Of a stretch of DNA of 64,000 bases, positions 1-8,807 are shown piece after piece. Where the stretch lies: contig CAVUCU010000004.1 in assembly GCA_963740085.1 (NCBI GenBank), positions 96,001-160,000 on the forward strand, in the 5' to 3' direction. The stretch comes from Nitrospirota bacterium. Lineage in GTDB: Bacteria > Nitrospirota > UBA9217. Both the position numbers and the translations under genes were made by a program. The stretch's first letter is position 1. Each line of letters opens with the position of its first letter. The notes beneath the pieces were generated by a model. It did not search any database, was not told the DNA's origin, and worked only from the letters and a program-made list of their open reading frames with translations.

Positions 1-8
1 TCCACGTC

Positions 9-1365
9 ATGGTGAAACCCGGTGAAGCGTTCAATGCCCATGTGCTCGCTGTCGACGACTCATCGATCACGGTCAAGGGCCGCGGCATGATGGGCTACAT
101 CAATCATGACGACATGGCCTGGGCGCTCATCAACCACAAGAAGAAAAAGGACGCCCCCGACGAGTTCAGGAAACCGGCCGAACTCGTTCAGCCCGGCGAC
201 ATCATCAAGGTCCGCTTGAAGGATTACGACAGGAAGAAACAGCTCGCCTCGTTCATTCTGGAGCAGACGCCGCTGGTCGAGGGCGCGGTCGTGTCGATAG
301 AGCCTTTCACCGGATACGTGCGCGCTCTGGTCGGCGGCTATGACTTCGTAGAAGGCGGATTCAACCACGCGCTGGACGCGAAGCGCCAGCCCGGATCGTC
401 GTTCAAGCCCTTTATATACGGCGCGGCGCTCGAGAACGGGTTCACCCCGGCCTCCATCCTCATGGACCTGCCGGTGATCCACGAGAAGGACGAGTACGAC
501 AAGAAGGGGTGGAAACCGACGAATTATGACGGACGTTTCCTCGGCCCCATGCGGTTGCGAACGGCGCTTGCCCTCTCGCGCAATGCCGTAACGGTGGGCC
601 TGCTGGAGAAGATCGGACTGGACAAGACCATTGACTTCGCCCGCAAGGCCGGCATCACGAGCCCGATCAGTTACGATTACACAACGGCCCTCGGCTCATC
701 GGCGGTGACGCCCCTCGAACTCACCTCGGCGTACGCGACCTTCGCATCCCAGGGGATACGCACCGAACCCATCATCATCAAGAGCATTGTTGACGGCAAC
801 GGCGTGGAACTCGAGAGCTATCGAGCCGGAGCCCGTCCAGGCCATTGACCCGACCACGGCCTATCTCGTCACGAGCCTGCTGAAAAGCGTGGTGGAGGAA
901 GGCACGGGAAGGGGCGCGAAAGTCCTCGGGAAACCGCTGGCGGGCAAGACCGGAACCACGAACAATTACGTGGACGCATGGTTCATGGGGTACGCTCCGA
1001 GCATCGTCACGGGAGTGTGGGTAGGATATGATAACTCGAAGGCCTCGCTCGGCGACAAAGAGACCGGTGCGCGCGCCGCGCTCCCGATCTGGATCCGCGT
1101 CATGGCAAAGGCGCTTGAGGACAAGCCTGCTGAGGATTTCGCCGCGACCGACGACGTGGTTTTCGTGAAGATCGACCCCGAGAGCGGGCTGCTCGCCCGC
1201 GATGGCGCCACCGAGGTCTATGATGACGTGTTCCGCAGGGGAACAGAACCGACGCAGTACGCGGATACGGTAAAAAAGTCTAAGGCGAATTTCTTCGATC
1301 TGGACCGGGGCGTTGCGAGCGCGGGCACGATGACAAAAATAAACCCCGAAGAGATAACGGATTAA
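9..1365 (+). pseudogene. mrcA: Penicillin-binding protein 1A, C-terminal part (runs off the window start), split by a +1 frameshift near 822
   Basis: Transpeptidase motifs SxxK (QPGSSFKP) and SxN (SRN) lie in ORF 9..848, and KTG (AGKTGT) in ORF 787..1365. Removing the C at 822 joins ...VELESY to EPEPVQAIDP. May be an intact gene with an assembly indel. Confidence 0.85.
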
Positions 1366-1501
1366 CTGCAGTTCGGAGTTTGGGGTCAGTAACAAAGAAT
1401 AAAAACTATCACTGACAAGAATTATCATTGGGAAGGCGCAATTGCGGATTTTCGCGACCTTGCGTTTCGCGGTTCGGATGAGGAAAATCAGAGAAACTTG
1501 A

Positions 1502-4285
1502 ATGGATTATAAGACGACGCTGAATCTCCCGACGACCGACTTTCCCATGAAGGCCAATTTGAAGGACCTTGAACCGCGGACGATACTGCGGTGGAAAGAA
1601 CAGGGGACCTATGGCCGCATCCAGGATAGGAACAAGGGGGGGGAAAAGTACATTCTGCATGACGGCCCGCCTTACGCGAACGGCCATATCCACATCGGCC
1701 ACGCACTGAACAAGATCCTGAAGGACATCATCGTGAAATACAAATCCATGCAGGGCTTCTCCTCGCCTTATGTACCCGGCTGGGATTGCCATGGCCTCCC
1801 CATCGAACATCAGGTGCTCAAGAATCTCGGCCCGAAAAAGGACACGATGAGCAAGGCCGAGATACGGAAACTTTGCCGGGAGTACGCCGTGAAGTTCATC
1901 GACATCCAGCGCGAGGAGTTCAAGCGCCTCGGCGTGTTCGGGGACTGGGATAATCCCTACCTCACGATGAACTATGCGTATGAGGCCGCGATCGTGCGGG
2001 AACTTGGAAAGTTCGTGGGAACGGGCGGCGTGTATAAAGGGAAAAAGCCGGTGTACTGGTGCGGGTCCTGCGAAACAGCCCTTGCCGAGGCGGAGGTTGA
2101 GTACGCGGACCACGAGTCGCCTTCCATCTCGGTCAAATTCGCGCTTCCCGATGCGGCAAAGGTGTTTCCGTCGCTCGCGGGAAAGAACGTCGCTGTGGCG
2201 ATCTGGACCACGACCCCCTGGACGCTCGTCTCGAACCTTGCAGTGGCGCTGCATCCTGAATTCGACTACGCTGCCGTTGATATCGGTTCCAACTCGGTCA
2301 TCATCGTCGCCGAGGCGCTCGCTGCGCCGTCCATGGAGAAATTCGGCATAACGGATTACAAGGTCATCGAGAAGTTCAAAGGCGGCAAACTCGAAGGCCT
2401 CAAGGCGCGCCACCCGTTCATAGACCGGGACTCTCAGGTCATTCTCGGAGAGCACGTCACGCTCGAGGCAGGCACCGGTGTGGTGCATACGGCTCCCGGT
2501 CACGGCCAGGAAGACTACGAGGCCGGCATCAGGTATGGTCTTGACGTGTATGCGCCTGTCGATCATAAGGCGAGATTCACCAAAGAGGCCGGCCAGTTCG
2601 CGGGCGAGAATGTGCACAAGGCAAACAAGGGAATCATCGATCTTCTGAAAGAAAAGAACGCGCTTCTTTCCGAGGAGAAATTATCGCACTCCTATCCCCA
2701 TTGCTGGCGGTGCAAGAACCCCGTTATCTTCCGCGCCACCGAACAGTGGTTCATTTCCATGAAGAACAATGACCTGCTCAAAAAGACCGTGGAGAACGTG
2801 CACAAGGTCACCTGGGTCCCGGGATGGGGCAAGGACCGGTTCCTCTCCATGGTCGAGAAGCGGCCTGACTGGTGCATCTCGCGCCAGCGGGCGTGGGGCG
2901 TGAACATCGTCGCATTCACGTGCACGGCCTGCGGCCAGCTGCTTCTGGACAAGTCGATCATCGACCACGTGGCGGCGATCGTCGAAAAAGAAGGCGCTGA
3001 TGTCTGGTTCACCAGGTCCGCTGCCGAACTGGTGCCGTCCGGCACTGCCTGCAAAAAGTGCGGGAAGCAGGACTTCGAGAAGGAGATGGACATTCTCGAT
3101 GTGTGGTTCGATTCGGGCGTGAGCCACGCCGCGGTACTCAAACAACGGCCGGAGCTTTCCTGGCCCGCGGACCTGTACCTCGAAGGCAGCGATCAGCACC
3201 GCGGGTGGTTCCAGTCCTCGCTTCTCACGTCCGTGGGGACCACCGGCATGGCGCCTTATCGGGCGGTGCTGACCCACGGATTCACGATGGACGGTCAGGG
3301 CAAGAAAATGAGCAAGTCGGCGGGCAATACAATCGCTCCACAGGATGTTATCGATAAGTTTGGGGCCGAGGTGCTTCGACTCTGGGTCTCGGCAGCGGAC
3401 TATCGCGATGATCAGCGGATATCCCAGGAGATTCTGACCCACCTTGCCGAGGCGTACCGCAGGATCCGGAATACGAGCCGTTATCTGCTCGGCAATCTCT
3501 CTGACTTCGATCCCGGCAAAGACAAGGTCCCGGACAAGGACCTGCTTGAGATCGATCGCTGGGCACTGCATCGGCTGCAGAAGCTGGTGCAGCGCGTGGA
3601 AAAAGCATATGACGAATTCGAGTTTCACGTGGTGTTCCATTCGCTTCACAACTTTTGCGCGGTCGACATGAGCTCGTTCTACCTCGACATCCTGAAAGAC
3701 CGGCTCTATACCGCTAAAACCGCATCGGTTGAACGGCGGTCAGGCCAGACTACCATGCATGCGATCCTCTCCGCGATGATCCGCCTCATGGCGCCGGTGC
3801 TGTCGTTCACTGCGGACGAGGTCTGGGGTTACATGAAAGAAAGCGCGGGAACAACGACTGTATTTCTTGCGGAATTCCCCAAGGTGGAAGAGAAGTATAT
3901 TGATGATGAACTTGAGGCACGATGGAACAAGATCATCGGGGTGCGCGGCGAGGCTGCGAAGGTGCTCGAGGCGCTCCGCAGGGACAAGAAGATCGGCCAT
4001 TCTCTCGACGCGGCTGTGACGCTCTATGTCGCACCGGAATTGTTCGAGCTTCTGGATAATTATAAAAAGGACCTGGCCTTCATCTTTATCGTCTCATCCG
4101 TGTCCCTGGAGAAAGAAACCGACGCGCCCGCTGATGCCTACACGAGCGATGCGATACCGGGGCTCAGGATAGCGGCCGGTCCGGCCTCGGGCAAAAAGTG
4201 CGGCCGCTGCTGGATGTATCTCGAGTCCGTGGGAACGGTAAAAGAACATCCGGAGATCTGCGACAGGTGCGCCTCGAACTTGTGA
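1502..4285 (+). CDS. ileS: Isoleucine--tRNA ligase
   Basis: DGPPYANG..HIGH, GWDCHGLP, WTTTPWT, KMSKS and a C-terminal Zn finger (CGRCW..CDRC). Confidence 0.98.
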   Translation: MDYKTTLNLPTTDFPMKANLKDLEPRTILRWKEQGTYGRIQDRNKGGEKYILHDGPPYANGHIHIGHALNKILKDIIVKYKSMQGFSSPYVPGWDCHGLPIEHQVLKNLGPKKDTMSKAEIRKLCREYAVKFIDIQREEFKRLGVFGDWDNPYLTMNYAYEAAIVRELGKFVGTGGVYKGKKPVYWCGSCETALAEAEVEYADHESPSISVKFALPDAAKVFPSLAGKNVAVAIWTTTPWTLVSNLAVALHPEFDYAAVDIGSNSVIIVAEALAAPSMEKFGITDYKVIEKFKGGKLEGLKARHPFIDRDSQVILGEHVTLEAGTGVVHTAPGHGQEDYEAGIRYGLDVYAPVDHKARFTKEAGQFAGENVHKANKGIIDLLKEKNALLSEEKLSHSYPHCWRCKNPVIFRATEQWFISMKNNDLLKKTVENVHKVTWVPGWGKDRFLSMVEKRPDWCISRQRAWGVNIVAFTCTACGQLLLDKSIIDHVAAIVEKEGADVWFTRSAAELVPSGTACKKCGKQDFEKEMDILDVWFDSGVSHAAVLKQRPELSWPADLYLEGSDQHRGWFQSSLLTSVGTTGMAPYRAVLTHGFTMDGQGKKMSKSAGNTIAPQDVIDKFGAEVLRLWVSAADYRDDQRISQEILTHLAEAYRRIRNTSRYLLGNLSDFDPGKDKVPDKDLLEIDRWALHRLQKLVQRVEKAYDEFEFHVVFHSLHNFCAVDMSSFYLDILKDRLYTAKTASVERRSGQTTMHAILSAMIRLMAPVLSFTADEVWGYMKESAGTTTVFLAEFPKVEEKYIDDELEARWNKIIGVRGEAAKVLEALRRDKKIGHSLDAAVTLYVAPELFELLDNYKKDLAFIFIVSSVSLEKETDAPADAYTSDAIPGLRIAAGPASGKKCGRCWMYLESVGTVKEHPEICDRCASNL

Positions 4286-4290
4286 TACAA

Positions 4291-4327
4291 GTTTGGAGTT
4301 GAGAGCTCAGGGTTCGGAGTAAGGAGC
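4291..4327. repeat. 7-nt period tandem repeat between ileS and lspA
   Basis: Units gtttgga/gttgaga/gctcagg/gttcgga/gtaagga; the same unit occurs after the PBP1A stop at about 1371-1391. Confidence 0.7.
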
Positions 4328-4332
4328 AATGC

Positions 4333-4836
4333 TTGAAAAATAAATATCTCCAGGCTGGAGCGATCGCGGGCATCGTGCTGGTCCTGGACCAGGTTACCAA
4401 GTATATCGTGGTGGCGCGCATCCGGCTGTATGACGTTATCATCGTTATCCCGGGCTTCTTCAACATCACCCATGTACGGAACAAGGGCGCTGCCTTCAGC
4501 ATTCTTTCCAATCTGCCGGAGTTCTGGAGAGGTTCGTTCTTCATTACGGTCACGATCATTGCCGTGGCCGTGATCATCGCCCTCATCGTTAAAACACAGG
4601 AACGCCTCCCGGTGTATGCCTTCTCGCTCATCGCGGGCGGAGCGCTGGGCAATGTGGTCGACCGTATCAGGTACGGTGAAGTGGTGGACTTTATCCAGTG
4701 GTATGTGAAATCGTACTATTGGCCATCGTTCAACGTTGCCGATTCGGCCGTTACGATCGGTGTTGTATTGCTGGCGATCGAGATGCTGTTTGGGACAAAC
4801 ACCAAATCACACGAATCGATCTCAAAACATAAATAG
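4333..4836 (+). CDS. lspA: Lipoprotein signal peptidase II
   Basis: DQVTK, NKGAAF, GALGNVVDR, VVDFI and FNVAD motifs; follows ileS. Confidence 0.96.
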   Translation: MKNKYLQAGAIAGIVLVLDQVTKYIVVARIRLYDVIIVIPGFFNITHVRNKGAAFSILSNLPEFWRGSFFITVTIIAVAVIIALIVKTQERLPVYAFSLIAGGALGNVVDRIRYGEVVDFIQWYVKSYYWPSFNVADSAVTIGVVLLAIEMLFGTNTKSHESISKHK

Positions 4837-4861
4837 TTGATGGCTGCGTAAAAGGCATTTT

Positions 4862-4929
4862 ACCGCAGAAACGCAGAGAAAACCCTTTGATTTATATTGT
4901 CCTTCTCGGCGGCTCAGCGCCTCGGCGGT
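4862..4929. repeat. Inverted short-period repeat hairpin without cargo gene
   Basis: accgcagaaacgcagagaa ... ttctcggcggctcagcgcctcggcggt. Confidence 0.7.
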
Positions 4930-4987
4930 GGATTTTAAGTATTTTCGATGTTATCCGTATTTGGAATGATAACAAAATTGTGAAAGG

Positions 4988-5809
4988 TTGATCGTGCACC
5001 CAATACTCTTCGAAATACCGGCAATCACGATCGGAGGCTGGACCATTGGACCCATCCCGATCAGGATGTACGGCCTCATGATCGGCATCGGCTTTCTCCT
5101 TGCCATTTTTCTGGCGTCCCGCCGCGCGAGAAAGGAGGGCATAGATCCCGACCGCATCATGGACCTGGGGGTGTACCTATTGCTCGCGGCCATCGTCGGC
5201 TCGCGCATCCTCTACGTGTTGACAACGCTGCGGGAATTCACTGACCACCCGCTTGATGTCTTCGCGATCTGGAAGGGGGGGCTCGTGTTCTATGGCGGCC
5301 TGCTCGCCGCCGTCCCTGTCGGGATCTGGTACGTGCGGAAGCACAGTCTGCCGGTCTGGAAGACCGCGGACATCGTGGCCCCTTCGATCGCCCTCGGACA
5401 CGGCTTCGGCAGGCTCGGCTGCTTTTTCGCCGGCTGTTGTTATGGCTCCCCGTGCAGTGGCCCGATTTGCATAACCTTCCATGATCCGCACTCGCTCGCG
5501 CCCCTGGGGGTACCGCTCTTTCCGACCCAGCTTATGGAGTCGGGCGGAGAGTTCCTGATTTTCGGCATACTCATGGTCATCTGGCGGCACAGGAAGTTCG
5601 ACGGGCAGCTCTTCTGGCTCTACCCTCTCTTTTATTCGGTCTTGCGGTTCATCATCGAATTCTTCCGGGGCGACGAGATTCGCGGCGTGTACTTCGGTGG
5701 CCTGGTCTCGACCTCGCAGATCATCGCGGTGTTCATGTTCGGGTTCTCTCTGTTCATGCTTTGGAGATTGAGCAGGACACCTGCCCGGATAAGCCGGAAC
5801 CATAAATAA
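4988..5809 (+). CDS. lgt: Prolipoprotein diacylglyceryl transferase
   Basis: IRMYG, GSRILYV, IWKGGLVFYGG, GRLGCFFAGCCYG, PTQL and RFIIEFFR motifs. Confidence 0.96.
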   Translation: MIVHPILFEIPAITIGGWTIGPIPIRMYGLMIGIGFLLAIFLASRRARKEGIDPDRIMDLGVYLLLAAIVGSRILYVLTTLREFTDHPLDVFAIWKGGLVFYGGLLAAVPVGIWYVRKHSLPVWKTADIVAPSIALGHGFGRLGCFFAGCCYGSPCSGPICITFHDPHSLAPLGVPLFPTQLMESGGEFLIFGILMVIWRHRKFDGQLFWLYPLFYSVLRFIIEFFRGDEIRGVYFGGLVSTSQIIAVFMFGFSLFMLWRLSRTPARISRNHK

Positions 5810-5825
5810 GTTCATATTTACCACC

Positions 5826-6773
5826 ATGCCTATCATCACCCACACAGTCACCGAAAAGCACGTCAGCAAGCGCCTCGATATCTATATCGCGCATTACGAG
5901 CCGCACATCTCCAGAAACCGTATCCAGACCCTGATCAAGAACGGCCTTGCCCTTGTGGACGGCAAGCCGGAAAAACCCGGATATAAGGTAAAGCTTGGCG
6001 AGAGTATCACGCTCGAGCTTCCGGAAAGAATAGTTCACGATGTCCTGCCTGAAGCCATTCCACTTTCCGTTCTGTATGAAGACCCCCATATCATCGTGCT
6101 GAACAAACCTCCCGGGCTTGTGGTTCACCCCGCGCCGGGCAATTATACCGGCACGCTCGTGAATGCGCTCCTCTATCACTTCGGCAGCCTGCCGTCTCGA
6201 AAAGCCGGCGCGGAAGGGGACGGTCGCGAGCGCGCGGGCATTGTGCACCGTCTTGACAAGGACACCTCCGGAGTGATGGTCGTGGCGCGAACGCAAGAGG
6301 CGCTCCGCTCGTTGTCGACGCAGTTCAAGAACCGTGTGGTCAGGAAGCGCTACGTCGCGCTGGTTGCGGGGGTCATCAAAAAAGGTTCCGGGACGATCGA
6401 GGTCGGCCTTGGCCGCCACGTGAAAGAGCGGAAGAAGATGAGCACCCACACGCACCACGCTCGCGAGGCGATCACAAGCTTTATCGTGAAGGAACGGTAT
6501 CCAAAGGCGACACTGGTGGAGGTGGAGATAAAGACCGGCCGCACGCACCAGATCCGCGTTCACCTGGCCCACATCGGTCATCCGGTGCTTGGCGATCATG
6601 TGTACGGCGGCGGGAAGGCGACGCAGTTCGGAGAGAGCATCATCACCCGTCAGATGCTGCACGCCGAGACGCTCTCGCTCATTCATCCCGAAACAGGTGA
6701 CCCGATGTCATTTGCCGCGCCATTGCCTGAGGATATGGCTGAGGTCATCGATCGACTCAGGAAAACGAAATAG
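5826..6773 (+). CDS. rluD: RluA/RluD-family 23S rRNA pseudouridine synthase
   Basis: N-terminal S4 domain, NKPPGLVVHP, HRLDKDTSG, TGRTHQIRVH. Confidence 0.93.
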   Translation: MPIITHTVTEKHVSKRLDIYIAHYEPHISRNRIQTLIKNGLALVDGKPEKPGYKVKLGESITLELPERIVHDVLPEAIPLSVLYEDPHIIVLNKPPGLVVHPAPGNYTGTLVNALLYHFGSLPSRKAGAEGDGRERAGIVHRLDKDTSGVMVVARTQEALRSLSTQFKNRVVRKRYVALVAGVIKKGSGTIEVGLGRHVKERKKMSTHTHHAREAITSFIVKERYPKATLVEVEIKTGRTHQIRVHLAHIGHPVLGDHVYGGGKATQFGESIITRQMLHAETLSLIHPETGDPMSFAAPLPEDMAEVIDRLRKTK

Positions 6774-6921
6774 CTCTGAGCTGGCGCCGAAGCCGGGAAG
6801 GATGGGGCTGTTCTCGTGATACTCCTGATTGACAAATGACGTCGTATCTGCTTTATTTAGAGAAAAATGGCATGAGGAAATATCGTGGCATGACACTTCC
6901 CGACAATCAGGGCTCTACACT

Positions 6922-7629
6922 ATGCATAAAAGATCAGCGGCCTCTGCGAAAACGAGCGAAAATACAACGGCAGATGATCTCTTGCTTTCTCTTTTTATCA
7001 AAGGAAACAACGACGGAGACAATGGAGGAGTCCTTAAGAACTATCCCGCTCGGACGGAGATCTTCAGACAGGAAACTTCTTCGAACACGGTCTACCTCAT
7101 TGAACAGGGCTTGGTGAAACTTGTACGGGTTGCACCGAACGGGTCCCAGGTTATCATCGGTCTTCGCCGCCGGCCGTGGTTAATAGGCGCTCCGGCGGTT
7201 CTCCTGAACAAACCATATTCCTTCACGGCTGTCACCCTGCTCCCTTCCGCCATTCGTGTCATTCCGGCCAAGGCTTTTCTAAAGCATGCGACAACGAACA
7301 AACAATTTTCTTCTCACCTGCACCGGCTGCTTAGCCAGGAGATTTCTAACCACATGCGGGATGTGGAATCAGTCAGCTGCATGTCTGCTGAAGATCGGGT
7401 AATTCGTTTTCTGGGCGATCTCGTTGCCGAGCAAACATCAAGAGGAGAAAAACGCGCGGCTTTTTTACTACCGCTCACTAATCGGGAACTGGCCCAACTC
7501 ATTGCGGTCACTCCAGAACACATCTGTCGTGTATTGAAAGCCATGGAGCGAAGGGGCCTCATCAGGCGTGAGCACAGGACGCTAATAATAGAAAAGCCGG
7601 CGGAACTGTTGCAGAGCGCTCCCTTATGA
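6922..7629 (+). CDS. Crp/Fnr-family transcriptional regulator
   Basis: cNMP-binding-like barrel (VYLIEQGLVKL) and C-terminal HTH (LTNRELAQLIAVTPEHICRVL); no N-terminal FNR Cys cluster; start codon uncertain. Confidence 0.88.
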   Translation: MHKRSAASAKTSENTTADDLLLSLFIKGNNDGDNGGVLKNYPARTEIFRQETSSNTVYLIEQGLVKLVRVAPNGSQVIIGLRRRPWLIGAPAVLLNKPYSFTAVTLLPSAIRVIPAKAFLKHATTNKQFSSHLHRLLSQEISNHMRDVESVSCMSAEDRVIRFLGDLVAEQTSRGEKRAAFLLPLTNRELAQLIAVTPEHICRVLKAMERRGLIRREHRTLIIEKPAELLQSAPL

Positions 7630-7704
7630 TCGTGATAGTTCTCTTTTCAGCAACTTTCTTTTCCACCTTCTCTTTTTAAGCAATCATTTCATGAAAATAT
7701 ATCA

Positions 7705-7734
7705 ATTTGTCGTTGATCTATATCAATGACAAAT
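7705..7734. promoter_or_regulatory. FNR-type box inside an extended palindrome
   Basis: TTGAT-CTAT-ATCAA at 7713-7726 matches the consensus exactly, flanked by atttgtc/gacaaat; lies just downstream of the Crp/Fnr gene. Confidence 0.8.
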
Positions 7735-7783
7735 ATCCCTTCTTGTGATATTAGATTCAGTATAAAGCAGTATAAATATAAAC

Positions 7784-7870
7784 ATTCCCGACAACGCTAA
7801 ACCCTTCGCGAGAGGGGGACAGAAAGCTGCGGGTCTTGTACCAGCCAAGACGGCCGAGCTACCGAAGGAT
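7784..7870 (+). ncRNA. GEMM-I cyclic-dinucleotide riboswitch aptamer, A20 variant (probable 3',3'-cGAMP sensor)
   Basis: cgacaAcgctaaacccttc-gcga-gagggggacagaaagc..gggtcttg..caagacggccgagctaccg shows the GNRA-capped P2, AAAG junction and P3 of the c-di-GMP-I fold; A at 7794 is at the G20-equivalent position. Confidence 0.88.
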
Positions 7871-7904
7871 GAACCTGAGGTATGCTCGGCCGTCTTACTT
7901 ATTT
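7847..7904 (+). terminator. Riboswitch expression platform: intrinsic terminator mutually exclusive with the aptamer
   Basis: Perfect 13-bp inverted repeat aagacggccgagc (7847-7859) / gctcggccgtctt (7884-7896), followed by acttattt. Confidence 0.8.
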
Positions 7905-8193
7905 CCGGAAGCAGCAGTGCTTCTAAGCCCGTAGAATGCCAGGTAAAAAGGACTTAAGCTTCCACGTGAAACGATTGTGAAAAGTAGGCGTAAGTTGACC
8001 AGGAAATAACAGGGAGGGGCCTTTCTTATTCCGTTCGGCATCAAATCTTCAATTCCCAATAAGCCGAAAAACTGGATAATAAAGCTCTCAGCGGGTGGAT
8101 TGGGTAGAGAGCAATACGAAACCCGAAAAATCATTGGTTGAGTTCACGTAAATCATGCGAACAACGTAAAACCAATTAAAGGAGGGAACAGAC

Positions 8194-8664
8194 ATGGCGG
8201 GGGGGGAAGTAGCCATCATTATAATGGCGGTGTTAATGTTCACGGGAACGATGGTGAGTTGCGGCGGAGGTGGCGGAGGAAGCGACGCGGCACCACCATG
8301 TACTACCTGTACCAATGTGGCAGGAATTTGGGATTCGACGGAAGTAGCCAATGAGAGCCAGTGCGGTGGCTCTTCCGCTAACACTACCTATCACACTTAT
8401 ACGGTTACACAAAGTGGTTGTGGCCTTACCGTTAACCAAAACTTGCCCGCCTCAGCAGGTCCCTTCACGGGTTCAATATGTAACAACACACTGTCTTGGA
8501 GTGGTAGTTACCCCGAGCCACCCGGTACGACAACGATCACTTCCATGTCGCTCATTGTATCGGGAACTACGACCAGTACCTTTAGTGGTTCAGCTAACTG
8601 GTCATATAGCGAAACAGGCTATGCCTGCTCAGGATCGACTCAAATTAATGCTACGAAGAGGTAA
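8194..8664 (+). CDS. Small Cys/Thr-rich lipoprotein of unknown function
   Basis: RBS aggagg, hydrophobic signal, lipobox MVS-C followed by poly-Gly; beta-rich mature part. Confidence 0.75.
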   Translation: MAGGEVAIIIMAVLMFTGTMVSCGGGGGGSDAAPPCTTCTNVAGIWDSTEVANESQCGGSSANTTYHTYTVTQSGCGLTVNQNLPASAGPFTGSICNNTLSWSGSYPEPPGTTTITSMSLIVSGTTTSTFSGSANWSYSETGYACSGSTQINATKR

Positions 8665-8807
8665 TCATGAAATTGCTTATTTTTCACTCGGGCCGTCCCT
8701 TATAAAAGTCTGCCCGACATTACTTTAGTATTATTGCCCGGATTTAGCCAGAGGCAGGCCGACATTATTATAAAAAGTTGATTCTATTCGTATGATGTGG
8801 AGGGCCT

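Noticed and set aside
800-848. Programmed ribosomal frameshift in PBP1A
   Set aside because: No slippery heptamer or stimulatory structure at the junction; a simple indel is more parsimonious.
1366-1501. T-box leader before ileS
   Set aside because: Too short, with no T-box motif or terminator; it contains short repeat units instead.
1409-2617. Long antisense ORFs (also 2681..3649, 5754..6686, 47792..49051 and others)
   Set aside because: Shadow frames opposite well-supported genes in GC-rich DNA, with no recognisable motifs.
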